This document shows, in pieces, positions 46,008 through 59,135 of a stretch of DNA of 64,000 bases. The first letter of the stretch is position 1, and each line of letters begins with the position of its first letter. The translations under genes were made by a program, and so were the position numbers. Below the pieces are notes generated by a model that did no database searches, was not told the DNA's origin, and saw only the letters and a list, made by a program, of their open reading frames with translations. This DNA is from Bilabrum cf. latius (lineage: Eukaryota). The DNA is taken from NCBI GenBank assembly GCA_965178125.1, contig OZ237766.1, positions 744,001-808,000 on the forward strand, in the 5' to 3' direction.

Positions 46008-46124
46008 GGCAGTGGACCCAGTGCTACTGCAGTGCCAGACCTGCTCTGATCGAGCGGTGATCAAGGCAAGGCACCGGGCCTCTGGACAGTGGGGCTGGAC
46101 GATTTGCCTTTGCTTCAGCTGAGT
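46008..46124 (+). repeat. Dispersed repeat whose second copy is split (59367-59429 and 60265-60306)
   Basis: GGCAGTGGACC.AGTGCTACT.CAGTGCCAGACCTGCTCTGATC and TGGACAGTGGGGCTGGACGATTTG.CTTTGCTTC.GCTGAGT occur at both loci. Confidence 0.7.
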
Positions 46125-46191
46125 GTACAGTGGGCCCAAGAATACATCCAAAGGCAATCTCAATCCATTCACGACAAGTTGTAAGCCCAAG

Positions 46192-47321
46192 TTATGCGCC
46201 ATGGTCCTGCCTCACCGCCACCGCATCCACCCGAATGTCGCTCCAATAGGTCCAGAATCGCAGCGAAAACCCGCTGTCTTCCAGCCATTGGGCGAGAACA
46301 GAAGGCCACACCATCTCATCCACAGGCTATGCCATGGCCCGCCCTTCGTTCCAGATACGCAGCTAGGTCTCCGCTGCGGGTATGGAGAAGAAAACACGGG
46401 AGCCTATCTTGGTATGCTTGCGAAGGACCGCAAACATGTCCTTGTACAGCTCCTTCGGGATGTGCTCGAAGGAGTCCACCATGGTGATCACGTTGAAGGT
46501 ACGCCCCAAGTCAAGCGTCGTCGCGTCGTGCTGGACGAACTGGATGCCCGGGCTGTGCTCCCTGGCAGCAGCTAGCAAGCCCTGCGACAAGTCAGACCCG
46601 ACCAAGTCCTTCACGTGCAGCTCATCTCGAATGAAGCGCGTCGTAAGACCGTTACCACAACCTAGATCAAGCACGCTCTCTGTGGACTTGATACGCACCA
46701 CGTCCCTAAGCGCCTTATGGTATGCTGCAAACGCGCCGGCAGCTTGCCAGGCTCGTACCACTAGTTCATCCGTCTTTTCGCATTCATAGTGTAGAAGTCC
46801 CCAATTTTATCCATGTCCTTGGACTTTGTGTCGTGCTCATACAAGTTTGCACGGCCCAGCTTGCTCCATTCGCTGCTTGGTAGCGACTGAGTGGCAGAGG
46901 TTTTAGCTTGAAGGGCTCTGTGTTGAAGATCAGATCATTGTCTTTCTCGGAGCCTGCAGATTTGGCTGAAGTGCCTTTGGCATCACACTTCTCCGGAGAA
47001 GGACACACGGGCCAAGCATCTGCACGAGCAGTGGCGTACTAACACACGCACGGCGCACAAGATGGAGATTGCTCCTGTTCGCCAGACCGAAGTAAAACGG
47101 CTTGCCGCTACTGCGCACGCGAGTATGACTCATGCCGGTACGAATGAGTGTGCACTCTAGAACCACATGATTAAATATCGGCTGTCCTTCGAAGCCTCTG
47201 GCCTTTCCGACGGTTCAGGCCCATCTCCCATCAGGTTACAAGCCACAAATCCGAAGACTACACCTACAGTGCCAGTGATGATGAGGTGAAGTATAGAAAA
47301 GCGGTGGTTATTGCTCCGCAT
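46192..47321 (-). CDS. Type II membrane SAM-dependent methyltransferase (copy 2), two apparent 1-nt frameshifts
   Basis: Colinear with copy 1 (VLDLGCGNGLTTRFI, MVDSFEHIP). TAGs at 46761, 46363 and 46327, plus one upstream. Single C missing in C-runs near 46879 and 46719. Ends TAA at the position where copy 1 ends TGA. Probable intron near 47075-47140. Confidence 0.75.
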
Positions 47322-47436
47322 GGATTCTATGGCGTATTCTTAGGCTGTGGGAGGCAACCGTTCGGCGCCGGGTTCCGGCGGCGGTTTTAGTCTTCAAGAA
47401 GTTCTTCTTGAAAGTTCAACACGCTACAAAGGACCT

Positions 47437-47560
47437 TTGCAAACCCCCCGCCCTAATCAGTCATTTCGCGCACGTTTCGCAGGCCTGGTGTCAGCACTCT
47501 ATTGAGAAACCTTAACCACTGCATGCTCCGCGTTCACGACATTCCTGAAGTTCGCGGGAC
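47437..47560. repeat. 124-bp dispersed repeat, inverted copy of 17388-17511
   Basis: Reverse-complement match; lies between two divergent genes. Confidence 0.85.
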
Positions 47561-47772
47561 TAAGTGAAATTGACGGCATCACACCATCCTCCGGCGGCGG
47601 TCGCAACCGGGAGATGCGACCACTGGCAAGTTGGTCGCACCAAGACAACGGATTGCAGTGCTGTATCCAGGAGAGAGGCGAAGATCGGGTGATTTCTTTG
47701 TGGCATCGCTCGCAATCCATTTGATATATTGCCCCTTTATCGTGGGGACGATCGACCTGCGAGGCACGAAGG

Positions 47773-49683
47773 ATGAAAGTCAGGCAAGCCCGTTCAAGAC
47801 ATGGACCTCCCAAACAATACTTGTCAATGAAGGCATGGTACCTGGTGCTAGTGACAGTGGGAGTGTGCATCGCAATTTTTGTGGCAATTGTATAGGTTGC
47901 TCCTCCTGGTAGCTCTTGGACTCAATGTAGTGGAGCAAATTGTAGTCCCACCACGCAGGATTTGGCAGATAAAGACTCAATTATAAGCGCGTCAGAGCCT
48001 TCGAAAGCACATATCCTGATGTCGTTTGATGGCCCTGATGTAGCTGGCTTCCCAGTGGCCGCAAGATCGATCTTGATGGCCACGGCAGACCCCGCGCTGG
48101 TTCATTTCCACCTGGTCACGCCGCAGGCATCTGCCGCCAAGGTGCGTTAGGCTTGCACGTCTTGTCTTGACGGCATCGGCGGAATCGATTCATCAGGCGC
48201 AGCAGCATGCAGCACTGGGTAGCCGCACCAAGGGGTGTTTTGCTGCGAAGACCAAGTACACTTCCTCCGCGGCGTGGACACAAGTACGACCACGGCTGTG
48301 GGTATCGCGGCCAAGCGGGTCTCCTCCCCTTTCAATGCGGCCCGGTTCGCAGGGATGGATGCAATGGTGGATGTGGCAGACCGTTTTGTGTACATGGACC
48401 CCGACATCGCAGTCGCAGGTGATGTGCAGGAGCTGGTGCACATGGACCTGGGGGGTTAGGCCGCCGCCCTTGCACGGATCCTGCACGTCAAGGGCGAGCA
48501 GAAGCAATCCATGTGCTCGGTAAAGGTGGGAGTGGACTGTAACGGACCTGGCGTGAGAGAGCGTTTGCTGGGGCTGGGAGTGGATACCAAGAAGCTGTCC
48601 AAAGAATGGGTGGGTAACGCTGGGATCGTGGTGATCGATGGAGCCAAATGGGGGCAGCAGCGGCTCGGCGACGCCTCCCGCGAGTGGATGGCCAGGAATG
48701 AAGGGGGCAAGATGTGGTAGCTGGGCACGCAGCCGCCCACAAACCTGGCACTCCTAGGAAACAGGGCGGAGATAGATCCTCGTTGGAACACGCCTTGGAT
48801 ACGGCTTGGTCGCACGTCAGAAGGGGATGAGGCCCCACTGCTGATGCATTTCCCCGGAGAAGAGTATAAGGCATGGCGGACTAGCCCAAAGAACATGGCC
48901 AAAGTCATCAAGGGGCACTGGGCCGCCCAGCGTTACTACGACCTTAGCGTCCTGTACCACCGCGCGTGTTTCGTGGGGGTGGGCAGCGAGCCGGCACCAG
49001 AGGCAGGGGAGGGCACCCGGCGATGGGGCTGGGATGCAAAGACAGGGATACGGGTACCACCACGGGAAGCTGGGGTGCTCTCACGGAGCGCAGACCCGTT
49101 CCGCTTTCGCCGCGAGCCCGCTGTGCTTGTGGTGGTTGCTCTGGATGGGGAGGAGCGGGAAGTGGCAAATCTGATTGTGGGGGCCGAGAAGAGCCTGGCC
49201 TCGCCCTGGCCCTGGACCGCGCTGCAGGTGTTTGTGGCCGCGACGAGTGAAAAGGTGGTCAATGTGGTACGAAGGAAAGCTGATTGCATCCCGGGAGGCA
49301 CGGGCGAGGGCGAAGAGTTATCGATGGAGACGTGCAGGTCCATTCGTGGAGTTGTCATGGGCACCCCGATGCAGCATGGCGACCATGGGGGTGGGCTATA
49401 GATAACCGGTGCATCGGTTGTGTGTCGCGATGGTGGCGAGTGGGACCCGTAGGGGGCTAGACCGCTAAGGGCTGGCATTTGGCGGGAGACCCAAGGGGCC
49501 TACATGCGCGGAGGTGCACCAGACAGGCTGGGCGATCGGTTTGGAGCAGTCGAAGGTGCCCTTGGAGAGCTGCCCAGCTATGTGACGAGGGCCATCGTGG
49601 TGCCGTGGCCAGGTGGCGGGACCGTGGTGGGTGACGCGTGGGAGGCACTGCATGGGCCTGGCTCGTGCTACCAAGCAGGCTAA
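47773..49683 (+). CDS. GT8 glycosyltransferase with C-terminal extension (copy 1), type II membrane
   Basis: TM anchor; YMDPDIAVAGDV, GNAGIVVID, MW*LGTQPP and LMHFPG. 7 TAGs (47893, 48148, 48220, 48457, 48718, 49399, 49450); ends TAA at a position comparable to the paralog's TGA. Confidence 0.85.
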
Positions 49684-49909
49684 GCTCATGTAGCCCACCG
49701 TTTGGTTGGGTTGCGGTTCAACAGGGGCTCCATGTACGTGCAATGGCCACAAGTGATCTACCCCGTTACAGTACACTACAGTCCGAGGGTTCGTAGCAAG
49801 TCACCTTCTCTGTATCTCCCCACAGCTGGTACAGGCTGGTTGTACCACTCCTTTACCGTGTGCATCTGGAGTAGAACAAGCTGCTCCGTGGTGATGACCT
49901 ACGCGCTGG

Positions 49910-52285
49910 TCAGTGGCGTTTCTTGTGCAACCGCTTGAGCTGCTCCGTGGTGATGGCCTCCGGGTCATGCTTGGTCAGCGGCTGCATCGCCTGCGTCACC
50001 TGCTCCTGGGTGAGCACCGTCCCGGCAGGTACCCCGAGTCCAGAGTCCCAACCGTCCGGTACTACTGGCTGCGGCAGGTGGTGCGCCACGATGCGGCCTC
50101 CGATGGCCTCGAGCGCCATCGGCTCCACTGGGGCATGCGCACCCCTCGGTGTGTACGTCATCTCCCCCACATATACCTTGCCGTTCACCTCGAACAGATC
50201 CACGCGCACAAACGGGAAGGGCTCCGAGAGCTGCTGGGCGATGCGCACCATCTCTGCCAGCTTGGATGGGGGTTGAGAAGCTTCCTTTGCTGGGTACGGG
50301 TACTCGAACTCAACCACGTCTGGCAAGAAGGTCCAGTCGGGCAAGTAGAACCCCCGCTTATTCTTGCCTTGCTCGAAGCGCCCGTCCACTTCTTGCACGT
50401 AGATCACGCTGCCTCGGGAGCAGAAGAACTTGTAGTCTGCTGGGATGGCGCCCCCTTCGTACAGCCGCTCCAGGATCATCGACCGCCGCACATGGTCATA
50501 CTGTTTCTCGCGGCCGTTGCCCTGGCGTCGTTTTGTCACCTTAGATAGGACACGGTCGAATATTTCGCCGGAAAGCCCCTGCCCCTTGCAGCCCGGCAAG
50601 CCAAGCTCTTTAGCCACGTTTATGAAGTAGCCTTGGCAGATGATCATCTTGCCATCACGCAGGATGGCATTGACGCCAGCCAAGTTGCTGGCCTTGAACG
50701 CAAAATCAGACAGCCCGTCCACCGGAGGCCGGAAATTCGCAGCCACCTCTGGAAATACCACGCCCAGTGTATCCACAGAATGCCCTTCCCCAATCGCTAG
50801 GCGTGCAAAGTGCTTCACAGATGCCTTGTCTGTGAAGGGGGCATAGTTGGTTTGTCCCTAAGACGCTCCCATTCGCACGGTGAGGTCGGTCAAGCGGATG
50901 CCATCTGCCCTGGGAGGCTCCCTCGGGTTGCTGCGCACCTCCCCAACAGGCACAGATGGACGAATGGGCCCTGGATGGAACCAGTCTCTGAAATAGCGGT
51001 AGTACCACACGTACTGCAGTCGCTCATACTCCACGGACTCCATCCCGGGCCTAGCCACATACCTGCACTCCAGCAGGCGCAGCGTCTCCTGCTTCACCGT
51101 CAGAGGGTTCGGGTCACCGCCAGGAGGACATACAGCCAACTCGACCCCAGCACTAGATGGTGCACGCTGCCCCGGCACCGGCAGTCCCTCCCACGGCTTG
51201 ATCCTGTCCACTAGCCGCAGCAGCACGGGCGGTGAGGGAGCCATGGAGCTTCCTTGCCTGACTGAGGCCGGACAACCAGGAGAGGAGATTCGCAGGGCAC
51301 CCTGGCCTGCCTCTGCTTCCCGCAACAGGCCCACTGAGACTGAGTCCATGGGTTGCACAATGATACTGGAGGGGAAGAATTCGGTAACAGATCCCTGGGT
51401 CTAGGTCAGGGCATCCCTTTGCCCCCCTTCATTCAGAGGGCACCTCCAATCTGACCCTGCCAGTCTCCACCGCTATCCATGCACGAGCAAGACCTCAGCA
51501 CTAGCCGCGCCAGCACCAACTGGCATGGATGAACCCCTTACTCTCGATGACATCCCGCCCCCGGAAAGCACAACTGGCCTGGTGGTCCCGTAGCCGTCTT
51601 CATCCTCGAAACCCTACATGAGCTGCATTGGATCCCGTGACGCTATCAGATGGGGATCCGGCAGCACCAGCACTGCCCCCGGTGCCGGCTGCTGCTCCTC
51701 TTCCTATCCGGTGGCAGGCAGAGAGGCGCACGAGGCCAGGGACACGAGCACACGGCGGTCAGCAGCCGAGCGGGTGTCGTCCTCCCACCGAGCTGGGGCG
51801 CGAGAAGCGGCGGACCGAGTCGTGGACTGCTTCCCCTCCTTCCTAGTCTGCTGGTCCGCCACTCGAATGATGGAGTCGCAGGTACCGGTGGGCAGGTAGC
51901 ACGGGCACGAGCCCTGAATCTCGGTCCAGGCAAGGTCGTCTGCCAGCACGGCAAAGCGGATGTCAGAGCTACGCGAAGCTCTCTCATACAAGGACCGTGC
52001 ACCGATCAGGAAGCTAGGTGTGTTCGCATAATCAACAGGGGCAGCAACCAGAAGGGTCAAAGCCGTCTGGTCAGCCTGTGCTCGTCTGAGCGTAGGCTAT
52101 GATCTCCCCAGTATCGCCCATCCTGCAGCCACACAGACAATAGCAATCAAAACGCTATTTGTGTAACGACTAGCCACGACGCTGCAGCAAGAAGTGTACA
52201 CCTGCGTGGCCGTGGATCCAACAACTCGTCGCAGTGATTGCTGTTTCTCCTTGCCTTCTCTAGAACCAGTGTGTCGACGTTGCAT
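49910..52285 (-). CDS. TupA-like ATP-grasp protein with degenerate GT8-like N-terminal domain (copy 2)
   Basis: Motifs TDKASVKHF, DYKFFC and FVRVDLFEVNGKVYVGEMTYTP. 792 codons with TAGs at 52097, 51704, 51614, 51473, 51401 and 50858; ends TGA. Confidence 0.85.
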
Positions 52286-53795
52286 GCTCCAGCTGATGTG
52301 CGAGGAGCCTCGTGGAACAGTTTGTATACTCTCTGGTGCTGGATGCTAGCGCACTACTAGGACTCCCCAGGGTGCAACCGGTAGCACGCTCTAAAAGTCT
52401 GCTAGTGGTAATAACAGAAGAGACTTAAAATTTGCTAGACATCTGGCCAAAAGAGGAGCTGAATCGAACATTACGTTAAGACACGCGCGCCAGCATGAGA
52501 TATGCAATGCAACTTCGGGGCGCAGTCTCGAGCCCAAACGGAAAGTACAACTCAGGCATATGCAAACCATTTAAATGGCCCGTCTTACCTTTGTAGGGCT
52601 AGCGTCTACTTGAGTTTCCGAAAGGGTCGAATAGTGCGTTGGGAACCCAAAATCACCCACAAAAGGTAAGGTAACGTGCACTTTCCCCCGTCGGCCCGTC
52701 GGCCGAGTCCGGTCGCATAGGAAGGATGTGGTCGCACTGGGTTGCCAATGTAGTCGTCCAAAATGTGGCATCAGCTGGACAGTTGCTGAAGGCTGGTCCT
52801 AACGATAAGGTTGCAGTTCGACAACAGGGGGAACATGAGACGCAGGCCACCAACGAGCTGGGACGAGGTGGCAGCGGGCAGCGGACAGGCCAATGAGTAG
52901 GGGAGGTGATGGAATTTGCAGTCAGGTGGGGAGGTCTGATGTGCCCAGAGATGATCACGAAGGCAGGCTGCTGCTGGAAGTGTAGCGCTGAGAATGATTT
53001 GGGGGGAGGGAGGGAAGTGTGGCAGAGACGAGTCAGCACCGTGCTCTGCACATAAGCTTAGCGTGTCTGTTAATTGAGAAGCGTGTTATATGGTTGGCAG
53101 CGAACGGATTCCCGCACAGTCGATCCGGAGTCCGGACGGGAGGCATGAAGAGGTGGAGTGAGACGGGCCTCCGCATTTCTCTACTTTATTGGAACCATCG
53201 CAACTGACGGCGATCGGGCCCGGATCTGACCATGTGTAGGCAGGAGTAACAAAGTCAATTGTATCAGAGTTCATCGCAGTTGTGCCAGCCACACCAACCC
53301 AAACCACTGGTGGATTGGCCATTGCAGGGCATTGCCACTTTCACGCATGAGCACCTTGCTTCAGGCTACCACCCACTGGAGTAGTACCAGTGCCACTAGC
53401 ACGACATAGCAGTGTTTACCATACAGCGTAGGTGCCGTGCAAGAAGTATATTTCAGCCGCTCTTGCGTATTGCACGGTAGAAGCTGGTGCTATTCGCAAT
53501 TTGAAGTTGAGCATAATACATGTCAGTGAGGAGCCGAAAGACCCACATGCCGGAAAATCATGTATTAGCTGTAAGCTACGGTACACAATGCGAATTCAAT
53601 GCCCGCCTTCTGTTTCAGGAGTGTCTCCAACTATAAGTTTGCAGGTAGCGTCAGTTGGTCCCTGTCACTTGTTGCCCCCGATTCACCCAAAGGTTCTTTT
53701 TCCCGATTATTATTTAGTTTTAATGTTAGCAGGTACTTCATTGGTGTGGGGTGACTTGCAGGTCGCTTGGTCATCGTTTTGCCCAGAGACAACTG

Positions 53796-56700
53796 ATGGC
53801 AGCCATGCTATTCGCCGGAGCTGTTCTAGTCTTGGTGGCGCTCTTCGCGAGCAATGTAGTTCTGCCGTCTGTAGCTAATCGAGTTAAGCTAAGTCCTCCT
53901 GGCGCTACGCGAGGCCAACAGCCAGCTGTCCGTGTCGCTGTGCCGGGCGAAGCCCCGAGCACAGGAATAGGCCGGGGGTGCCCCGCCGAAGAGCAATCGC
54001 ACGTGCTCTTCTCGTTTGATGAGCTGGACTTGCCGGGCTTTTTCATCGCCACTTCCTCTGTGTTTGCCAACACCAAGCGGCCGGAGTGCATCAGGGTGCA
54101 TGTGCTGTGCCCCTCGTAGGCCGAGGCAGACATCCGGGCCTCGTGCGCCTGCTCCATGCCTCCCTAGGCCTGCGCCTCCCTGCACTTTGTGCGCACGCGG
54201 CCCTTGACCAAAACAGTCACTGGCTCCAACACCCGCGGCAAGCACCTGGACTCCCCGTACAACCTGGGTCGGCTGGAGGCTTTCGACGCACTGGCCCCTT
54301 CTGTGGGCAGGATCGCCTACCTGGACTCTGATGTACTCGTGCTGGGGGATGTGCGGGAGCTCGTGCAATTTGATCTGCAAGGTACCGCGACTGCCTTCGC
54401 CTGGGAGCAGGACAGGTCTATGTGCAACCCATGGGGGGTCAAGTGCGGTCACCCCGCTCTGAAGCAGGCAGGCCTTACGAAACAGTTGCTGCAGCGCAAG
54501 ATGGTGGGCAATGCAGGGATCATGGTGGTGGATCTACAAGAGTGGAGGAAGCAAGATCTGAGCAGACGGGCCCGGCTCTGGTCTCACCTGAACCGCGACG
54601 GGGAGCTTTTTCTCCTCGGTTCGCAGCCGCCCATTATGCTGGCCACCATCAACAGCCGGGCTCAGCTGCCCACTGCCTGGAACCAGAAGAATGAGAAGAA
54701 AAACGACACGCAGCTCGTGCACTTTGCGGGCCCGGATAGGCCCTGGCGGGTGGATCGCCCCGGCCCGTACGCCGAGGCCAAGGCATTCCTGCGATGCCGC
54801 ATGGGCTACAAAGAGGCCTCCACCTCGCGTGACCGCAATATGGTGGCTTATTCGAGGTATATGGCGGAGTACGGCGTCAGGACGGAGGGTGAGGCGCTGC
54901 CGCAGACCGTCAAAGACGTTCCTCTGCGTGACCTGCTAGCCTGGCGTGCAAGGCAGCCAGTGGCACAGCGGCTGGGCGTGTTTATAGACAGGGCAGCCCA
55001 GAAGCACTACGTCAGGACGGTGCTGGGGCAAGAGGGGTACTCAACGGAGACGCTCGCTGTGCTTGAGGCAGGACCACAAGGGGATGTAGGCGCGCTGGAC
55101 AGGGACCTGCTGCCCCGAGGGCTTCTGGCGAGCTCGTCCTCCTCCACGGTGAGGGGCGGTGGCGGACTAGGTGCCTCGCCGGGGTCTATGCATCTCATCG
55201 TGCGGCCGCTGCACATGCCTGATCTGGTGATACACGTGACGGATGGCGCCGTGGATTCATCCCCCTGGAAGAAGGATGTGGGCCAGGCTGTGACGGAAGG
55301 ACTGATCCGTAAGTGGCTGGGCGTGGTGACCCAGCGGTGCCATCGCTGCGAGACAGAGCTACAGAACGCGGGTGTGACGAGGGGGCTGATTGTGGAGAGG
55401 GAAGAAGAGTCGCTCGAGGGGCAAGAGGGGGTGCGCCTGCTGCATGACGGCCTCAAGATCTGGTGCACGAGGGGGGTGCCCATGCTGGTGGAAGTCGAGA
55501 CGCGTGGAGGGGGCGGCAAAGGGCGCCGCAGATCGTTCTACACCCCCGGATGGGACCCCCTCCGAGTCAGCAAAAAATACCCGATGGATCCAGCGGCCAG
55601 CTCTCGCTAGGCCCCTCTGTTGCTACCAGAGGCCCTTCGGGTGGCTGCCGAGCTGAGCAAGCCCTTCTCCTTCGTTCGGGTGGATCTGGGCTCGATAGAC
55701 AACCGCATCGTGGTGCAGCGGTTCTCTTTCGTGCCAGACGGGGTGGACGGCCCCACCTTTGAGCCCCCTGCCTTTGGATACGCTCTATCTCGGCTCGTGC
55801 AAGCCCCCCCTTCGCATGCTGCTGCCAAAGCCGCCATGCTGCCCTTTGTCAAACAGCAGGAGTGCAGCAAGACCTTGGTGACGGGCGCGGCCGGATTCAT
55901 CGGGAGCCACTTGTCCAAGGAGCTGCTGGACAGTGGGCGCCCCGTGGTGGGGATCGACTCGTGGAATGCGCTGGACGAGGAGCACAGCGCGCTGATGGAC
56001 GCTCGGGTGGCGGGGCTGGAGAAGGACAAGGGCTTCCACCTCGTGCGATCAAGCACCTGCAACGTGCATGCCATGGTGGCTCTGCTCAGGGAACACAGGG
56101 TCTGCGACATCGTGCACCTCGCAGCGCAGCCGGGGGTGAGGCGGTCCACTCGCAGGCCCATGGAGACGGTAGAACTCAACGTGGGCTGCTTCGCCAGCAT
56201 CCTCGAGGCTGTAGCTCGGTTCAACTCCACCATCCGGGTCGTGTACGCCTCCAGCTCCTCCGTGTACGGGGCCAATGCGGTGTCCCCCTTCGTGGAGACG
56301 GCATACCCCGTACCAGCCAGCATATACGCCGCTTCCAAAGTGGCGGACGAGGCGTTGGCGCAGTCGTACCGTAACGTGCACAAGCTGAACCTGCTGGGCT
56401 TGCGGTTCTTCACCGTGTACGGGCCCCGGGGCAGGACGGACATGGCTGCGTACATGTGGGCGCGGGCCATCGAGGCGGGTGAGTCCATCAAGGTGTTCCA
56501 GACTCCTTCGGGGGTGGAGATGGCCAGAGATTTCACGTACGTAGGAGACATTGTGAGAGGTATCCACGGGGTGCTGCCTCGACGGGACGTGACGGGCGTG
56601 CTCAACATCGGTAAGGGCAGTCCAGACAAGGTGTCAGACCTGATCGGCGAGCTGGAGGTGTGCTTCGGCAAGAAGGCCGTGCTGGACAAGGTGCCGCAGC

Positions 56701-56867
56701 CGCCGGGCGACGTACCGATCACCTACGCGGACACGACCAAGATGGCGAGGCTGGTGGGATACCGCCCTGAGGTGAGCTTGTAGGAGGGCATCCGGCGCTT
56801 CTGTGAGTGGTTTAAGTCGGACGAGGCCAAGGCAGTGAGGCGCAAAGCAGCGGTGGCTCTTGGCTGA
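53796..56867 (+). CDS. Triple fusion: GT8, degenerate TupA-like ATP-grasp, UDP-glucuronate 4-epimerase-like SDR (copy 2)
   Basis: Colinear paralog of 37332-40448. TAGs at 54117, 54165, 55608 and 56781, none shared with copy 1; ends TGA at the same position. Start uncertain. Confidence 0.9.
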
Positions 56868-57350
56868 ACACATGGAATGAAGTGCTCACCTCAGGATCCG
56901 ATACTGATCTCGGTTGGGATTAAATCAATTTTGGAATTGACATGACTTCGTGGTATCAATACTGTTGGGTCTAAGGTTAGCTAACCGTGGCCAGGTGGTA
57001 CAGCGGGGGGATTAGCAAGCGTGCGGAAGGGCTCGAGGTTGTTGGGTTGGACGATGGTCTAGACTCTAGACTCTAGACGTCATGATTGTACAACTAGTGG
57101 GTGCGTAAACTGTAAGTTTTGCTACTCTAGATCGTTGGTTCACCATGAGTCGGCTGCCTAGGCTCGGGCATGCACGGCCTGCACTCGTACTTGGTCGATC
57201 CTGCACTGTTGCATTACCCGCAAGCCCAAGAACGGCACTGCTGTTGCCACAAGTATGTGTGGTCTAGGCTAGCCGTTCATCGAGACCTCACAAGAGCACT
57301 CCATGGCACGCGGAATCCGGTTGAACCCCTCTCTCTGCCCCAGAGGAGGC

Positions 57351-59135
57351 TCAAAGTGGATCTACATGTGCCCTACCTTGCGACTTAACAGTGCCTTGCT
57401 CCACATAATTCTTGGTGATCGCAGCCCTGAGTATATCCACGGCAGAGGGACCCGTGAAGTCCGCTCGATACAATGCGTCTGTAGGCCCACGAGCCACGCC
57501 GTAGAAATTGAGCATCTCGGCAATCGCTCGCACTCCCTCCATCATCTCTCGCACCTTGCTGTCGGGAATCGCGCGCAGAATCGGAAGCAGCTTGCCTTGG
57601 CGAAACATCGCGTAATTGACACGCACGCTGGCCAGGTGCCAAGGGATGAATTCTCGAAACGGCATCTCCACATTGTCTTGCACGACGGCAGGGACACATC
57701 CAGATACCAGCATGTCTACCAGCCGGTGACTCCACAAGTTCGGATGCCACCCGGGGAGGTACAGACAAAACTTGGACCGCTTCAGCAAGTCCATGTATCC
57801 AGATACTCTGCCGTTTACGTAAACGACACCATCCGTCTCCTCGTTCATGTGCCCGTACAGCCGAAGGCCTGACTGACGCACTCCCTGCGAGTACGATGAG
57901 GACTCATGTTTCGGATATAGTACAGAGCCCACGAAGGTCATCGTGACGGGCCGGTTCTACAGGGGGGGCCATCGGTGCGTGGACTTCAATGCGTACCTCC
58001 CTATCGTGCCCACATCTTTATGCGCCCGGAACCCTAACCCTAGAGGGTAGCTTGGTGCAACGGTGGCAAAGATTGCGCCATGAAGACCAAAGACGTGCTG
58101 CATCCACGTCCTGCACGTCTTGAGATCTCGCCACGCCCACTTTGCGTGATCGATGGCCCACTCCCTCCAATCCATACCGGATGACGCGAGATGCTTCGCG
58201 GTAAGGTTCCAGCCAGCGCCTGCCTTCGGTGTCTGTGGAATATCTGTTTGCATGCCGAGCAAGACTTCGTTGAGGCTCCTCCCTCCCCCAGTGACTATGA
58301 TGAAGTCTGCGCCGCCAGATTGCTCCCACCGGCGTGCGAGATATGGACGCCGCAAGACACGGCGAACCACATGAGCCATGGTGTCTGCACACACACGGGT
58401 CTTGATCGACGGGGACATGGGTACCTCGGCTGTCCTCTCGATCTTCAGGGCCGCAAGGGCGATCGACTGCGTGTGCAGAGGCAGCACAATCAGGTCGGCC
58501 TGCTCCGGGCCCGCAGCCCACCCTGTGGTAGCAAGTGCACTGCTCGAAGTCTTCGTCGCAACTGACGATCTCAGAGCGGCCGCTTGCTGCCGCTGGAGGG
58601 CATCAAGTATTGCCCACTCGGATGCAAACCCTGCCTCTGCCGTTATGGACGTTCGGAAGTCCTTTGGTAGCATACCGATACCAGATAAGCCTTTGGGATC
58701 TCGTAGATCCGCAAAACCGGCTGCTGCAAAATAGCCGGATTGATCAAGCGGGCTTGTGCCCCACTTCTTGCAATTATCCTTCGTAGGCTTCGTGCGCATA
58801 CATGTAGTAGGGCACATGCGGGATTCTTCTCTTATTTCTTCCCCAAGCACGAAAAACTGCAGCTGCCCACCGGCTTCAGTCGCAGCAGCGTTCAGCCGCT
58901 GCTGCACTACACGTACGACTTTGTCGTAGGGCTGTTCTCCCCGCACCTGCATCGGTGCTTGTGTTGAGACTACTGTTTCTTTTTGCCGAATTAATTGCTA
59001 CCCATTTGGGCTACTGGCACCGCGCGATGGGATATAGGCAGCCATAAGCAGCGCAAGTGCTGCCACTACTGCTACTACTGCAAGAAGAAATAAGGCTAGA
59101 CGGGAGCGATTTTTCATCTTGGCTCTAGCAGGCAT
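57351..59135 (-). CDS. Exostosin/GT47-family glycosyltransferase (copy 2), type II membrane
   Basis: TM anchor LALFLLAVVAVVAALALLM; SKFCLYLPGWHPNLWSHRLVDMLVSGCVP; TAGs at 58998 and 57957; ends TGA. Confidence 0.85.

Noticed and set aside
46715-46885. Programmed frameshifting in methyltransferase copy 2 (also near 12750)
   Set aside because: The 46.7-46.9 kb shifts are each explained by one missing base in a short C-run, typical of long-read error or recent decay. The 12750 shift lies near G-runs and is probably the same.
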